A DNA stretch of 64,000 bases from Thermoplasmatota archaeon (GTDB taxonomy: Archaea; Thermoplasmatota; E2; JACPAO01; JAHFTW01). This document shows, piece by piece, positions 19,142 to 29,107 of this stretch; the stretch's first letter is position 1, and each line of letters starts with the position of its first letter. The position numbers and the translations under genes were made by a program. Under the pieces are notes generated by a model that had not been told where the DNA came from, ran no database searches, and worked only from the letters and a program-made list of their open reading frames with translations. The stretch lies in the NCBI GenBank assembly GCA_035526765.1, contig DATLBS010000014.1:15612-79611 (forward strand), given 5' to 3'.

Positions 19142-20470
19142 ATGCGCCCCCTGGTCCTCCTGGCTGCCCTGCTGCTCCCCCTGGCGGGCTGCTTCTCGGC
19201 GCCGGGCGGCACGCTGTCCACCTCCGATGTCCCGACGGATCCCGGCCGCCTTCCCTTCGCCAGCCACCACGGGCTCATCACCGACGGCGACGGCTCCGGC
19301 GAGCCCAGCATGGGCGTGAGTCCAGGTGGCGTGCTGTTCACCGACGTCGGCTCCGACGTGCACGTCTCGCGCGACAACGGCACCACGTGGAAGAACACGG
19401 GCGACCACCAGCCCGGCATCCCGAACCTGGACCCCGACCTCGCCGTCGGCATCGATGGGACGGTCTGGGAATCGCGCGACTACGTCGGGTGCGTCGGTGT
19501 GGCCGTGAGCCGCGACCTGGGCGCCACCTGGACCGCGAACCCCCTCGTCTGCCCAGGCACCGCGCTCGACCGCCAGTACGTGGTGCCCACGCGGGAAGGC
19601 ACGGCGTACCTCTACGCGCACCAGATCGGCAGCCAGCAGCAGCTTGCCTCCAAGACCACGGACTATGGCGCCACGTGGCTGCCGCTGCCACCCCCCGAGG
19701 GCGTGGGCCACGCGTACTTCGCCAACGGTGGCTCCGGCTGGGGCGGCGGCGGGTTCTGGGACCCCGTGCACGACTCCGTGTACTTCACGTACAACTACGT
19801 CGAAGGAAAACCCTCCATCTTCGTGGACTCCACGGCCCACCCAGCCTTCTCCGTCTCGCACGACGGCGGGCAGAGCTGGCGCCTGGGCTTCGCGGGGGAC
19901 CTCACGGGGCAGCAACTTGGCCTTGGCCTGGTGACGGGTGCGGTCGACGACGCCGGCAACGTCTACCTCACGTGGGGCGAAGCCTCCGGCTCGAGCAACG
20001 AGAAGGTCGCGATCTATGTGGCCGCATCACGGGACGACGGAGCCACCTGGACCCCGAAGGTCCGCGTCGATGCGGGGACGGGCAGCAAGGTGTTCCCCAT
20101 CATGGCCGCGGGGCAGCCCGGCCGCGCCGCAGTGGCGTACTACGAGGGCAGCAAGGAGGCCTTCCCGGACGCGATGGACGGCGTGTGGAACGTGACGCTC
20201 GCCTGGACGGAGGACTTCTTCGCCGCCAACGCAAGCTGGCAGCACGGCACCTTGGAGGCCGGGGTCAAGAAGGGCCCCATCTGCATCAGCGGCACGGTCT
20301 GCCAGGGCGACCGCGAGTTCGCCGACTACTTCGACGTCGTCCGCATGCCGGATGGGCGGGTCGCCGCGACGTACAACGTCCTCAAGCCCGGCAGCAGCAG
20401 CGTCCGCAACGGGTTCGCGATCACGTCGGAGCCGCTGCTGGGTCCGCGTGACAGGACCCTTGCTGGATGA
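19142..20470 (+). CDS. BNR-repeat lipoprotein (sialidase/glycosidase-like beta-propeller)
   Basis: MRPLVLLAALLLPLAGC lipobox. BNR motifs SRDNGTTW, SRDLGATW, TTDYGATW, SHDGGQSW, SRDDGATW. Confidence 0.7.
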   Translation: MRPLVLLAALLLPLAGCFSAPGGTLSTSDVPTDPGRLPFASHHGLITDGDGSGEPSMGVSPGGVLFTDVGSDVHVSRDNGTTWKNTGDHQPGIPNLDPDLAVGIDGTVWESRDYVGCVGVAVSRDLGATWTANPLVCPGTALDRQYVVPTREGTAYLYAHQIGSQQQLASKTTDYGATWLPLPPPEGVGHAYFANGGSGWGGGGFWDPVHDSVYFTYNYVEGKPSIFVDSTAHPAFSVSHDGGQSWRLGFAGDLTGQQLGLGLVTGAVDDAGNVYLTWGEASGSSNEKVAIYVAASRDDGATWTPKVRVDAGTGSKVFPIMAAGQPGRAAVAYYEGSKEAFPDAMDGVWNVTLAWTEDFFAANASWQHGTLEAGVKKGPICISGTVCQGDREFADYFDVVRMPDGRVAATYNVLKPGSSSVRNGFAITSEPLLGPRDRTLAG

Positions 20471-20640
20471 GGACATGAGCCAACCTGGCATTGGGCCCTA
20501 TTGGACGCAGGTCCTGCAGAAACCTTGGGCATAGGACCCCGTCTCCACCCTCATTTCGTTTGCAAACCCTTATCCTGGCCCATCAGGGTCGGAGGGCGGG
20601 ATGGGAGCCACGGCACCGTAGGTTCCCGGGGAGTGCACTC

Positions 20641-21777
20641 ATGAAGGACATCATCCGCGAAGCGGTCGCCCGTGCCGAGCAGGAAGCCCGCACGCCACAG
20701 CCCAGGTTCAACCCCGCCATGGCGGGGCCGGGCGCCATCGCCAACACGCGCGACGGCGACCTCGAGTCCGTGATGCAGTCCCTCATGACCAGGATCAAGG
20801 TCATCGGCTGCGGCGGCGCCGGCAGCAACACCATCGCCCGCTGCACCGAGATCGACCTCGGCGACATCGAGCTTGTCGCCCTCAACACCGACGCGCAGCA
20901 CCTGCTGATGTCCCGCTCCCCCCAGAAGCTCCTCATCGGCCGGCACCTCACGCGCGGCCTCGGCGCCGGCGCGCTCCCCCAGATCGGCGAGGAGGCCGCC
21001 ATGGAGACCGAGGCGGACATCCGCCAGGCCGTGCAGGGCTCCGACATCGTCTTCGTCACGTGCGGCCTCGGCGGCGGCACCGGCACCGGCTCGGCCCCCG
21101 TCGTCGCGAAGCTGGCCCGCGAGGCGGGCGCGCTGACCATCGCCGTGTGCACCCTGCCCTTCGGCGTCGAGGGCGCGGTCCGCATGGAGAACGCAGAAGC
21201 GGGATTGGCCCGCCTGCGCGATGTGTGCGACACCGTCATCGTCATCCCCAACGACAAGCTCCTCGAGATCGCGCCCCGGCTGCCCCTTGCGGCGGCGTTC
21301 AAGGCCGCCGACGAGGTCCTGATGCGCTCCATCAAGGGGATCTCCGAGATGATCACGAAGCCCGGCCTCGTGAACCTCGACTTCGCCGACCTCAAGACCA
21401 TCATGAAGAAGGGCGGCGTCGCCATGATCGGGCTGGGCGAGTCCGACACGCAGGACCGCGCCCGCGACGCCGTGCTGGAGGCCCTCAACTCCCCCCTGCT
21501 GGACGTCGACATCTCGGACGCCACCGGCGCCCTCGTGAACGTGGTGGGCGGCCCCGACATGACGCTGGCCGAGGCGCAGCAGGTCGTGCAGGAGATCCAC
21601 GACCGCATCAACAAGGACGCCCGCATCATCTGGGGCTCCTCCGTCGACCCCAACCTCGAGCGCACCATCCGGGCCATGCTGGTCATCACGGGCGTCAAGT
21701 CGCGCCAGATCCTTGGCCCGACGGCGAAGAAGCAGCAGCGGCAGCAGAAAGAGATGGGCCTGGATTTCGTTCTGTAG
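20641..21777 (+). CDS. ftsZ: Cell division GTPase FtsZ
   Basis: GCGGAGSN, GLGGGTGTGSAPVVA tubulin signature, NLDFADLKT. Confidence 0.9.
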   Translation: MKDIIREAVARAEQEARTPQPRFNPAMAGPGAIANTRDGDLESVMQSLMTRIKVIGCGGAGSNTIARCTEIDLGDIELVALNTDAQHLLMSRSPQKLLIGRHLTRGLGAGALPQIGEEAAMETEADIRQAVQGSDIVFVTCGLGGGTGTGSAPVVAKLAREAGALTIAVCTLPFGVEGAVRMENAEAGLARLRDVCDTVIVIPNDKLLEIAPRLPLAAAFKAADEVLMRSIKGISEMITKPGLVNLDFADLKTIMKKGGVAMIGLGESDTQDRARDAVLEALNSPLLDVDISDATGALVNVVGGPDMTLAEAQQVVQEIHDRINKDARIIWGSSVDPNLERTIRAMLVITGVKSRQILGPTAKKQQRQQKEMGLDFVL

Positions 21778-21790
21778 GTTTCGGCCCCAC

Positions 21791-21879
21791 GAACCACAGA
21801 TTGCACAGATTTCACAGAACCCACTCCTTTGGTGGGCTAGCCATGGCGCCAATCTGTGCCATCGGTGAAATCTGTGGTT
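21791..21879. repeat. Palindromic element of inverted triple CACAGAT heptad arrays (GAACCACAGATTGCACAGATTTCACAGAA ... inverted copy), immediately 3' of ftsZ
   Basis: Right arm AATCTGTGCCATCGGTGAAATCTGTGGTT is the reverse complement of AACCACAGATTTCACCGATGGCACAGATT. Single-arm copies at 44773, 46138, 60129, 63800. Confidence 0.6.
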
Positions 21880-22015
21880 AGGCTGGGCGCGAAGCTGCTC
21901 GACCAAACGATTCGTCACTGGAGCACAACCAGGGACAATCAGGAATCAAGCCCATTCACCCAAGCGCCTATAACACGCCCCTGATGTGCTGCGAACAACT
22001 GGAGAAGGCCGTTCG

Positions 22016-22666
22016 ATGACCTCCCGCCAACACCTGGACACGCCCGCCACCGTCATCTGCCTCGTGCTTGGCGTCGTGGTCGTGGCCGCAGCCCTGCCCT
22101 TCGCCATCGCGTCGCTGCCGGACACGTCGCCCAAGAAGTTCGACGTCAACTGGTCGCAGGAGACCGCCGCCCAGGGCCAGCTGACCTTCGCGGGACAACC
22201 TGTGAACAAGGTCCTCACCGTGAACGGCCTCGCGTCCATGGTGCGCGTCGACCCATCCGGGGCCTGCAGCGACACCGCCAACCAGGTCCAGGCCAAGGCC
22301 ACCATCACCTACAACGTCAAGAAGAAGGTCGGCAACCAGGAGTCCACGGTCATCGACAACACCTCCTACACCTGCGCCACGAAGGACGGCGCCAAGAAGG
22401 AGGCCAGCCTCATGGGCCACGCCGACATCGCCAGCCGCGACGCCGCCGACCTCAACGCCGCCCGCACGTCTCTCTGGAACCAGGCAGGCGCCGGCAACGA
22501 GACCGCCACGTACACCCTCAGCATCACCATCAGCCGCAGCACCGCCCCCGGCACCCTGCCCGGCATCGGCCCCGCGGCGCCCACCCTGGCCGGCAGCATC
22601 GACTTCTCCGTCCTGCGCTGGACCGCGGGTGTCCAGCCCCACCAGGAGGAGGTGACGGTCCGATGA
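22016..22666 (+). CDS. Membrane-anchored hypothetical protein, overlaps permease start (ATGA), likely co-transcribed
   Basis: TM anchor TVICLVLGVVVVAAALPFAIA. 4-nt overlap with the downstream gene. Confidence 0.45.
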   Translation: MTSRQHLDTPATVICLVLGVVVVAAALPFAIASLPDTSPKKFDVNWSQETAAQGQLTFAGQPVNKVLTVNGLASMVRVDPSGACSDTANQVQAKATITYNVKKKVGNQESTVIDNTSYTCATKDGAKKEASLMGHADIASRDAADLNAARTSLWNQAGAGNETATYTLSITISRSTAPGTLPGIGPAAPTLAGSIDFSVLRWTAGVQPHQEEVTVR

Positions 22667-24345
22667 GCGCCCGTGCCGCCCCGGCCCACCCCATCGCGCG
22701 CGGCTTCCACCGCCTCGGCACCAAGAAGGACGTCGACCGCATCCTCGCCGAGGCCAGCAGCAAGCACGGCCTGGCCAAGACCCTCACGGCCCGCGACCTC
22801 GTCGTCCTGGGTGTCGCCGGCATCATCGGCGCCGGCATCTTCGTCCTCATCGGGCAGGGCATCGCCAAGGCCGGCATCGCCGTCATCCCCGCCTTCATCG
22901 TCGCCGCGGCCATCTGCGCCGTGGCCGGCTTCGCGTACGCCGAGCTGGCCGCCGCCATCCCCGCCTCCGGCTCCGCGTACGCCTACATCTACACGGCCCT
23001 GGGCGAGCTGCCCGGCTGGATGGTCGCCTGGGCGCTCATCCTGGAGTACGCCGTGGGCGCCATCGCGGTCTCCATCGGCTGGAGGAACAACTTCCTCGCC
23101 CTGTGGAACCAGTTCGTCGACAAGGGCGCCGACGGCCTCGGCTCCTTCGGCAGCACGCTGGGGTACGGCCTCACGCACAGCCCCCTCGAGTCGGTGCAGC
23201 TGGCTTCCGGGACCACCCTGCACGGCTTCATCAACCTGCCCTCGATCCTCATCGTCCTGCTGTGCACGCTCCTGCTGGTGCGCGGCGCCAAGGAGTCGGC
23301 CCGCTTCACGACCGTGCTGGTCATCGTGAAGGTCCTGATCCTGCTGTTCGCCATCATCGTCGGCTTCGCCCTCTTCAAGGCCAGCAACTTCAACGACGCG
23401 ATGCCCCACTACACGCTGCCCGACGGCAAGCCCTACGACACCCGTGGCTTCCTCGACGCCCTCAAGGCGGTCTTCGCGGCGGGCGCCATCATGTTCTTCG
23501 CGTACATCGGGTTCGACTCCGTCTCCACGACCGCGGAGGAGACGAAGGACCCCAAGAAGGCCCTCCCCGTGGGCATCCTCGGCTCGCTGGGCATCACGAC
23601 GCTGCTCTACGTCCTGGCCGCCTCCGCCCTCGTGGGTGCCGCCCACTGGACCCTCTTCGTCGGCGACTCCGCGGCGGCGCAGCTGGCCCGTGGCGAGCCC
23701 TTCGGCTACGTCTTCGAGCAGAACAACGTCCTCATGGCCGGCAACATCTCCATCGCCGCCGTCCTGGTGCGCGTGGGCGCCCTCATCGGCACGACCTCCG
23801 TGCTGCTGGTGCTGATCCTCGGCGGCGTGCGCGTGTTCTTCAACATGAGCCGCGACGGCCTGCTGCCGGGTCGCCTGAGCACCGTCAGCCGTCGCGGCGC
23901 CCCCGCCTTCACGACGCTGGTCTATGGCGGCTTCACGATGCTGTTCGCCGGCTTCCTCACCCTGGGCGCCGCCGTGGACATCGTCAACATCGGGACGCTG
24001 TTCGCGTTCTTCATGGTCATCCTGGCCGTGTGGGTGTTCCGCCTGCAGCGCCCCGACGTGCACCGCCCCTTCGTGATGCCCCTGTGGTCCGTCCTCAACG
24101 TGCGCGGCCGCCCCTATCTGCCCATCTTCACCATCCTTGGGCTCATCGGCACCGCGGCCCTCATCTTCAGCCTGGACCGCTTCACCATCCTGGCCTCCGT
24201 CGTGTGGGGCGGCCTCGGCTTCATCGTGTATGCCCTCTACGGAGTGCGCCGCAGCAAGCAGGCCGCCGAGAACTTCGCGACCCTCGAGGACACGCGCGCG
24301 AGCCCCGGGCGCCAAGGCCTCACCGTCGTCACGCCCGACGAGTGA
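22663..24345 (+). CDS. Amino acid permease (APC superfamily)
   Basis: 12+ hydrophobic segments. N-terminal ...DLVVLGVAGIIGAGIFVLIG... is the APC signature region. Confidence 0.85.
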   Translation: MSARAAPAHPIARGFHRLGTKKDVDRILAEASSKHGLAKTLTARDLVVLGVAGIIGAGIFVLIGQGIAKAGIAVIPAFIVAAAICAVAGFAYAELAAAIPASGSAYAYIYTALGELPGWMVAWALILEYAVGAIAVSIGWRNNFLALWNQFVDKGADGLGSFGSTLGYGLTHSPLESVQLASGTTLHGFINLPSILIVLLCTLLLVRGAKESARFTTVLVIVKVLILLFAIIVGFALFKASNFNDAMPHYTLPDGKPYDTRGFLDALKAVFAAGAIMFFAYIGFDSVSTTAEETKDPKKALPVGILGSLGITTLLYVLAASALVGAAHWTLFVGDSAAAQLARGEPFGYVFEQNNVLMAGNISIAAVLVRVGALIGTTSVLLVLILGGVRVFFNMSRDGLLPGRLSTVSRRGAPAFTTLVYGGFTMLFAGFLTLGAAVDIVNIGTLFAFFMVILAVWVFRLQRPDVHRPFVMPLWSVLNVRGRPYLPIFTILGLIGTAALIFSLDRFTILASVVWGGLGFIVYALYGVRRSKQAAENFATLEDTRASPGRQGLTVVTPDE

Positions 24346-24395
24346 CCGCGGTCCGCGCCGCAGTGCCTAAATAAAGCCCACCAGTCGCGCCGCCC

Positions 24396-24719
24396 ATGGA
24401 CGAGGAAGAGGGCATCGACGAGATCATCGACGCGGAGACCGCGCCGAAGCCGAAGCCCCACCCTGTCCACACGCCCGCCGGCGCGCAGCCCGGCTTCGTC
24501 GACCGCGCCTGGACGGTCCAGGACCGCGTTAGCAAGCGCTGGGACGGCCTGGGCAAGGGCCGCATCGCGCGCGTGCTGCGCATGGCGCGCAAGCCCGAGC
24601 CCGAGGAGTTCCGCCAGAGCGCGCTCATCGTGCTCGTGGGCATCGCCGTCATCGGCGCCCTCGGCTTCTTCGTGTACCTCTTCATGAGCTGGCTGCTGAA
24701 GGCCATCACCCCGGTGTAG
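24396..24719 (+). CDS. secE: Preprotein translocase subunit SecE (Sec61 gamma)
   Basis: RIARVLRMARKPEPEEFRQSALIVLVGIAVIGALGFFVYLF matches the archaeal SecE C-terminal helix. Long acidic N-terminal extension. Upstream of Spt5 as expected, but separated from it by an extra gene. Confidence 0.6.
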   Translation: MDEEEGIDEIIDAETAPKPKPHPVHTPAGAQPGFVDRAWTVQDRVSKRWDGLGKGRIARVLRMARKPEPEEFRQSALIVLVGIAVIGALGFFVYLFMSWLLKAITPV

Positions 24720-24725
24720 GCCCCC

Positions 24726-25670
24726 ATGCGCGCGGTCCTGCTCGCAGCCCTCGCGTGCGCGGCGGGATTGGCGGGATGCTCCCAGGACCCTGAGACTGCC
24801 TCCTCGTGCCCGGAGGTGCCCTACGGCACCGTCCACTACGGTTCCGCCCCTGCAGGCGACGTCGACCCCAGGCAACCCACGGACATCCCTTACATCATCA
24901 CAGGCCTCATCAAAGACCAGGGCCCGCGTCTGGTCGTCAACGTCACGGACGGGAGCGGGCCGGTGAATGGCGATGGGAACTTGCGCCCGTTCAATTGGAC
25001 CCTCTTCCCCTCCGACCTTCCGGGGCAGCGGCTAGCAAGCCTCCGGTTGGACGGGGCCGTGGCCCAGCAGCCGGGGACCTACGTGAATTGGCGAATCCGG
25101 TACGGGGCGGATTCATGCTCGGGTTACGGGGGCTTCACCCATAACCTCGCTTTCGTGGCGGATGAAGGCATGATACTCACGGCCGGCCATGGCACACATG
25201 CCTTCTATGCGGGCTTCTGGGAAAACGGCACGCTGTTCGAGACCAACATCGAGGACTTCGATCACAGTGACTGGCCCCGCGCAGGCTGGTACGAGTCCAT
25301 CCCCTACGACCCACTTCCAGTCTACATCTACGACCAGGCGCGCAGCGAGCAGCCCGCCCATTGGAAGGCGCCCCCCGGGGTACCCGCAAGCGGCACTCCA
25401 GTGGATGGCCCCGTCGGCACCGCCACCTCGGCGCCCGGCCTCGGCTACTACACCACCATCAAGGGCTTCAACGACAACCTGAAGGGACTTTCCACGACGT
25501 CGGCGCGCGTCTTCCGCATGGACGCCAAGGACGCCTACCCCGAAGGCACGCCCAACAACCCGCTGGCGGGGGACAACCTGGTGTTCTACGTCTACCTCCA
25601 GGACGTCGTGGACTACCCTTGCCCCACTCCTGCGGCCGGGCCCACGCCCCAGTGCCCCTCGTCGCCCTGA
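24726..25670 (+). CDS. Lipoprotein, hypothetical
   Basis: MRAVLLAALACAAGLAGCSQ lipobox. Confidence 0.55.
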   Translation: MRAVLLAALACAAGLAGCSQDPETASSCPEVPYGTVHYGSAPAGDVDPRQPTDIPYIITGLIKDQGPRLVVNVTDGSGPVNGDGNLRPFNWTLFPSDLPGQRLASLRLDGAVAQQPGTYVNWRIRYGADSCSGYGGFTHNLAFVADEGMILTAGHGTHAFYAGFWENGTLFETNIEDFDHSDWPRAGWYESIPYDPLPVYIYDQARSEQPAHWKAPPGVPASGTPVDGPVGTATSAPGLGYYTTIKGFNDNLKGLSTTSARVFRMDAKDAYPEGTPNNPLAGDNLVFYVYLQDVVDYPCPTPAAGPTPQCPSSP

Positions 25671-25761
25671 CGATCCTTGGGCTCCGTCGTAATGGTGAAA
25701 TAGCGGCTCCCTGTCGCACGACTGCTCTGTTGGTTTCCCAGCGGGAGCAGGACTGAATCGC

Positions 25762-26415
25762 ATGGACGACGAAGGCGGACTGGGCATCCTCCCCACCAAG
25801 GAAGAACTCGCGAAGAAGGCCGAGGCCAAGCCCGTGGCCGCCCCCGTGCCCACCGACCCCGCCGCCCCCAAGGCCAAGAAGGGCAAGGGCACCAAGAAGT
25901 CCCGCAAGGAGGAGGCCGAGATGGCCGAGCCCGCCCCCCTCGAGGGCACCCAGGTCCTCGTCCTCAAGACCCAGGTCGGCCAGGAGCGCCGTGTCGCCGA
26001 GGCCCTCGGCAACAAGGCCCGCCGCTTCAAGCTCCCCATCCTCGCCCTGCTGGCGCCCGCCGAGCTGCGCGGCTACGTCTTCATCGAGACCACGGACCCC
26101 ATCAACGTCGAGAAGGGCGTCCGCGGCATCTCCTACGCCCGCTCGCTCATCAAGGACCCGATGACGAACCAGCCGAAGGACACGCCGTTCTCCGAGATCG
26201 CGCACTTCCTCACCCCCGTCTCGGCCGTCGCGAAGATCGCCGAGGGCGACATCGTCGAGCTTGTCTCCGGACCGTTCCGCGGCGAGAAGGCGAAGGTCAC
26301 CCGCGTCGACGACACGAAGGAGGAGATCACCGTGGAGCTCATCGAGAGCATGGTGCCCATCCCCATCACCGTCAAGGGCGAGCACGTCCGCGTCCTCGAG
26401 AAGTCGCAGGCCTAG
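25762..26415 (+). CDS. spt5: Transcription elongation factor Spt5 (NusG homolog), NGN + KOW domains, with Lys-rich N-terminal extension
   Basis: QVLVLKTQVGQERRVAEAL.. (NGN). GDIVELVSGPFRGEKAKVTRVD (KOW). An alternative internal start at about 25921 is possible. Confidence 0.85.
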   Translation: MDDEGGLGILPTKEELAKKAEAKPVAAPVPTDPAAPKAKKGKGTKKSRKEEAEMAEPAPLEGTQVLVLKTQVGQERRVAEALGNKARRFKLPILALLAPAELRGYVFIETTDPINVEKGVRGISYARSLIKDPMTNQPKDTPFSEIAHFLTPVSAVAKIAEGDIVELVSGPFRGEKAKVTRVDDTKEEITVELIESMVPIPITVKGEHVRVLEKSQA

Positions 26416-26672
26416 GCCCACCCCAGGACCGGATCATGGGGGCTCCGCTGGCCCATCGGGGCGCCAGCCAGGCAAGAAAAGGGTTGGTGGTGGTTGGTGG
26501 TCCGATGCGCGTGCTGCGTAGCGGGGGCCTGGCCGGCTTGCCCAGCACGGGTGGGCCAGGACATCAGGTTTGGTCCGCGTTGCCCCACTGACGAAGTTCC
26601 CTTCCCCCCCCGGAGTGCCTTCGGCAGGTGGGGTACATCGGGAAGCCTTTTACGGCCGACAGGGGCTGGCGC

Positions 26673-26936
26673 ATGATGCGAGCCATGTTCCGCCCCGGCG
26701 TCCTGCTCACCATCCTTCTGCTGCTGGGCCTGAGCGTGCCCGCCAGCGCGGACCCGGATCCGTGCATGACCGCGCAGTGCATCCGCCTGCCGGACCCCAG
26801 GGACGCGCCAGGCTGCGACCCCGTGGAGTTCACCGGCGGCGAGCCCAGGCTGCAGCTTCACCCTCTCCTCAACATGGTCAACATCGACCTGAGCTGCCTG
26901 GGAACCAAGATGCCCGTCAGGATCCCCCCGCGATGA
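26673..26936 (+). CDS. Small secreted Cys-containing protein
   Basis: Signal MMRAMFRPGVLLTILLLLGLSVPASA. Four Cys. Confidence 0.4.
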   Translation: MMRAMFRPGVLLTILLLLGLSVPASADPDPCMTAQCIRLPDPRDAPGCDPVEFTGGEPRLQLHPLLNMVNIDLSCLGTKMPVRIPPR

Positions 26937-26940
26937 CCCG

Positions 26941-28512
26941 ATGACCTCCGCCGCGCTCCCCCGCATCCTGCCGGTCCTGGCCCTCTGCGCGGTGCTGTCG
27001 CTCCCGGGTGCCGCGGCGGAATCCGCGCTGTCCGGCAGCGTCGTGGCCCGGACGCTGGCCTTCGAGCAGCCTGCCCAGCAGTCCGGCCAGGCGTCGTTCC
27101 TCCACATCCTGCAGGAGGACAACGGGGAACCGCACGCCATCACGATGTCCTTTGCGGGGACCCACGTGGAGGGGACGCAGTACACGGCGGAAGGCTACCG
27201 GGAGGAGAGCCAGGTGCCGTTCAGCACGCTGCACGCCCTCGACGCCCTTCAGCCTCCGGCGCAGACGCCGTTCTCCGCCGACCACGCAGTCGCCGCGTTG
27301 TCCGGTGCCGATGCCGGGTACACGCTCAACATCTTCAGCCCGCAGCCCCTCTCCTTCGAGGCCAGTCTCCGGGAGGGGACCCAGGCGGTCCTTGCGCACC
27401 CCGAGCTCAACCATGGCAGCATCCAGGAACGGCCCGACCCGAGCACGGTGCCCCAGGCCTCCAGTCAAGACCCCGAGCCCTACTGGACCGTCACCCACTC
27501 CGAGACAGCCCACGTGGTGACGGAGGCCCTCTCGGCCACCCTGCATCTCGCCGGGACCTTCACCATCGAGGTCATCGGGCTGGACTTCGACCTGCGCGGC
27601 GACGGGGGCAGCACGCAGCTCCACAGCGGCGTCCAGCGCGACCGCCTCGTCCCCGGCGTCGACGCGTACAAGGTCCGGCAGGATTTCCTGCGCATCGAGG
27701 TCACCGACGGGTCGCTGGACCTCGGGGTGCGCCTGGCCCCTGCCATGACCGCGTCGGTCAATGGCCAGTCCGTGCCCGACGCGACGCTGGCGCAATGGTC
27801 AGGCCCTGGCGCCGACTCCGCCAGCGGCTCCATCTCCCTGGACGGTGCCACGGGATCCTTCCTGCGCGCCGATGGCCAGCAGCAGCGCCTCACGGGCTCC
27901 AGCTACCGTTTCGAGGGGCGTTACGAGCTGCACGCCAACCCCTCTGAGCAGGGCCTCCAGCTTGGCATCACCGGCCTGGACGACCAGGGGCAACCCCTGT
28001 CCCCGGCGACCCAGACCGTGCGCCCCGTGGCCTCCACGCTGGCCTGGCTCATCGCCCTGGCCGCGGCCGCCGTGGCCGCCGGTGCGACGGTCGCCATCGT
28101 CCTGCTGCGCCGCCACCCCACGATGGCGGACCTCGAATCCGGCCTGGAGACCGGCCACTTCCGGCGCGTCGTGCGCGACTCCGCCCGCATCCTCCGCAAG
28201 CGCCCAGGCTTCGAGGACGCCGTCATCAGCCGCTCCATCGCCTTGTCGAAGCTGGGCCGCAACGGCCGCGTGGTGCGCGAGGTCCGCACCCACTTCGCGA
28301 GCCGCGAACCCTCCGATGGCGTGCTCCACTACGTCCTTGGCCTTGCCCTGAAGGAGCTCGGGGAGACGGCGCAGGCCCAGGAGGCCTGGAAGGAGGCCGT
28401 GCGGCGCACGCCTGGGCTCCTTCCCCAGGTCGCCCCCTTCTTCCCGGCACAACAAGCTTCAAGCACTCCCAGTGCCGTCACGGGCGTGGTGGACGGGACC
28501 GCGTACGCATAG
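26941..28512 (+). CDS. Type I membrane protein: signal peptide, extracellular domain, TM helix, cytoplasmic TPR-like tail
   Basis: Signal peptide ILPVLALCAVLSLPGAAA. TM helix LAWLIALAAAAVAAGATVAIVLL. C-terminal helical repeats. Confidence 0.55.
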   Translation: MTSAALPRILPVLALCAVLSLPGAAAESALSGSVVARTLAFEQPAQQSGQASFLHILQEDNGEPHAITMSFAGTHVEGTQYTAEGYREESQVPFSTLHALDALQPPAQTPFSADHAVAALSGADAGYTLNIFSPQPLSFEASLREGTQAVLAHPELNHGSIQERPDPSTVPQASSQDPEPYWTVTHSETAHVVTEALSATLHLAGTFTIEVIGLDFDLRGDGGSTQLHSGVQRDRLVPGVDAYKVRQDFLRIEVTDGSLDLGVRLAPAMTASVNGQSVPDATLAQWSGPGADSASGSISLDGATGSFLRADGQQQRLTGSSYRFEGRYELHANPSEQGLQLGITGLDDQGQPLSPATQTVRPVASTLAWLIALAAAAVAAGATVAIVLLRRHPTMADLESGLETGHFRRVVRDSARILRKRPGFEDAVISRSIALSKLGRNGRVVREVRTHFASREPSDGVLHYVLGLALKELGETAQAQEAWKEAVRRTPGLLPQVAPFFPAQQASSTPSAVTGVVDGTAYA

Positions 28513-28521
28513 GGGATCTGC

Positions 28522-29070
28522 ATGATCGACATCCTAGCCCAACTTGCCGCCTCCGCCGGAACGACCCTCTTCGGCCGTGTCGGCGACGCCCCGAACCTCC
28601 TCGAGCAGCCTCTGCGCCGCCGCCTGCTGGCCATCATCTCCGAGAAGCCGGGCATCCATGCCTCCGAGCTGGCGCGCGAGGCCGGCGAGCCGTGGGGCAC
28701 GGTCCAGTACCACCTCAGCCTCCTGCACAAAGGGCAGGCCGTCACCTCCGTCGAGGCAGGCCGCGAGCGCCTGTTCTTCCCCAACGAGGTGGCCCCCGCG
28801 CGTGCCCGCCTGCTGGGCATGCTGGGGCAGGGGCGCCGCCCAGAGATCGCGACCTTCATCCGCGAGAACCCGGGGGCGCGCCAGATCGACATCTGCGACG
28901 CCCTCGACGTGAGCCGAAAAACGTTCCGCAGCAGCATCGAGCCCCTGGTGGAGGAAGGGCTCGTTCACGAGCGCAAGGGCCTGCAGTCCAACCGGTACTT
29001 CGCGCAGCCCCCTCTGGCCGAGCTCCTGGCGCCCCCCGCGCCGGAGGGGCCGTCCCTGCCGACCGCGTAG
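28522..29070 (+). CDS. Tandem winged-helix (ArsR/MarR-like) transcription regulator
   Basis: LLAIISEKPGIHASELAREAGEPWGTVQYHLSLLHKGQAV, plus a second wHTH (..ICDALDVSRKTFRSSIEPLVEEGLV). Homologous to the cytoplasmic tail of 48154-49839. Confidence 0.65.
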   Translation: MIDILAQLAASAGTTLFGRVGDAPNLLEQPLRRRLLAIISEKPGIHASELAREAGEPWGTVQYHLSLLHKGQAVTSVEAGRERLFFPNEVAPARARLLGMLGQGRRPEIATFIRENPGARQIDICDALDVSRKTFRSSIEPLVEEGLVHERKGLQSNRYFAQPPLAELLAPPAPEGPSLPTA

Positions 29071-29107
29071 GCTCAGCGTTAAGCCCGGCCGGCAAGTCGC
29101 GGCGCCC

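Noticed and set aside
22366-24315. 649-aa minus-strand ORF antisense to the amino acid permease
   Set aside because: Composition is Gly/Arg/Asp/Glu/Ala low-complexity, whereas the plus-strand frame gives a canonical 12-TM APC permease.
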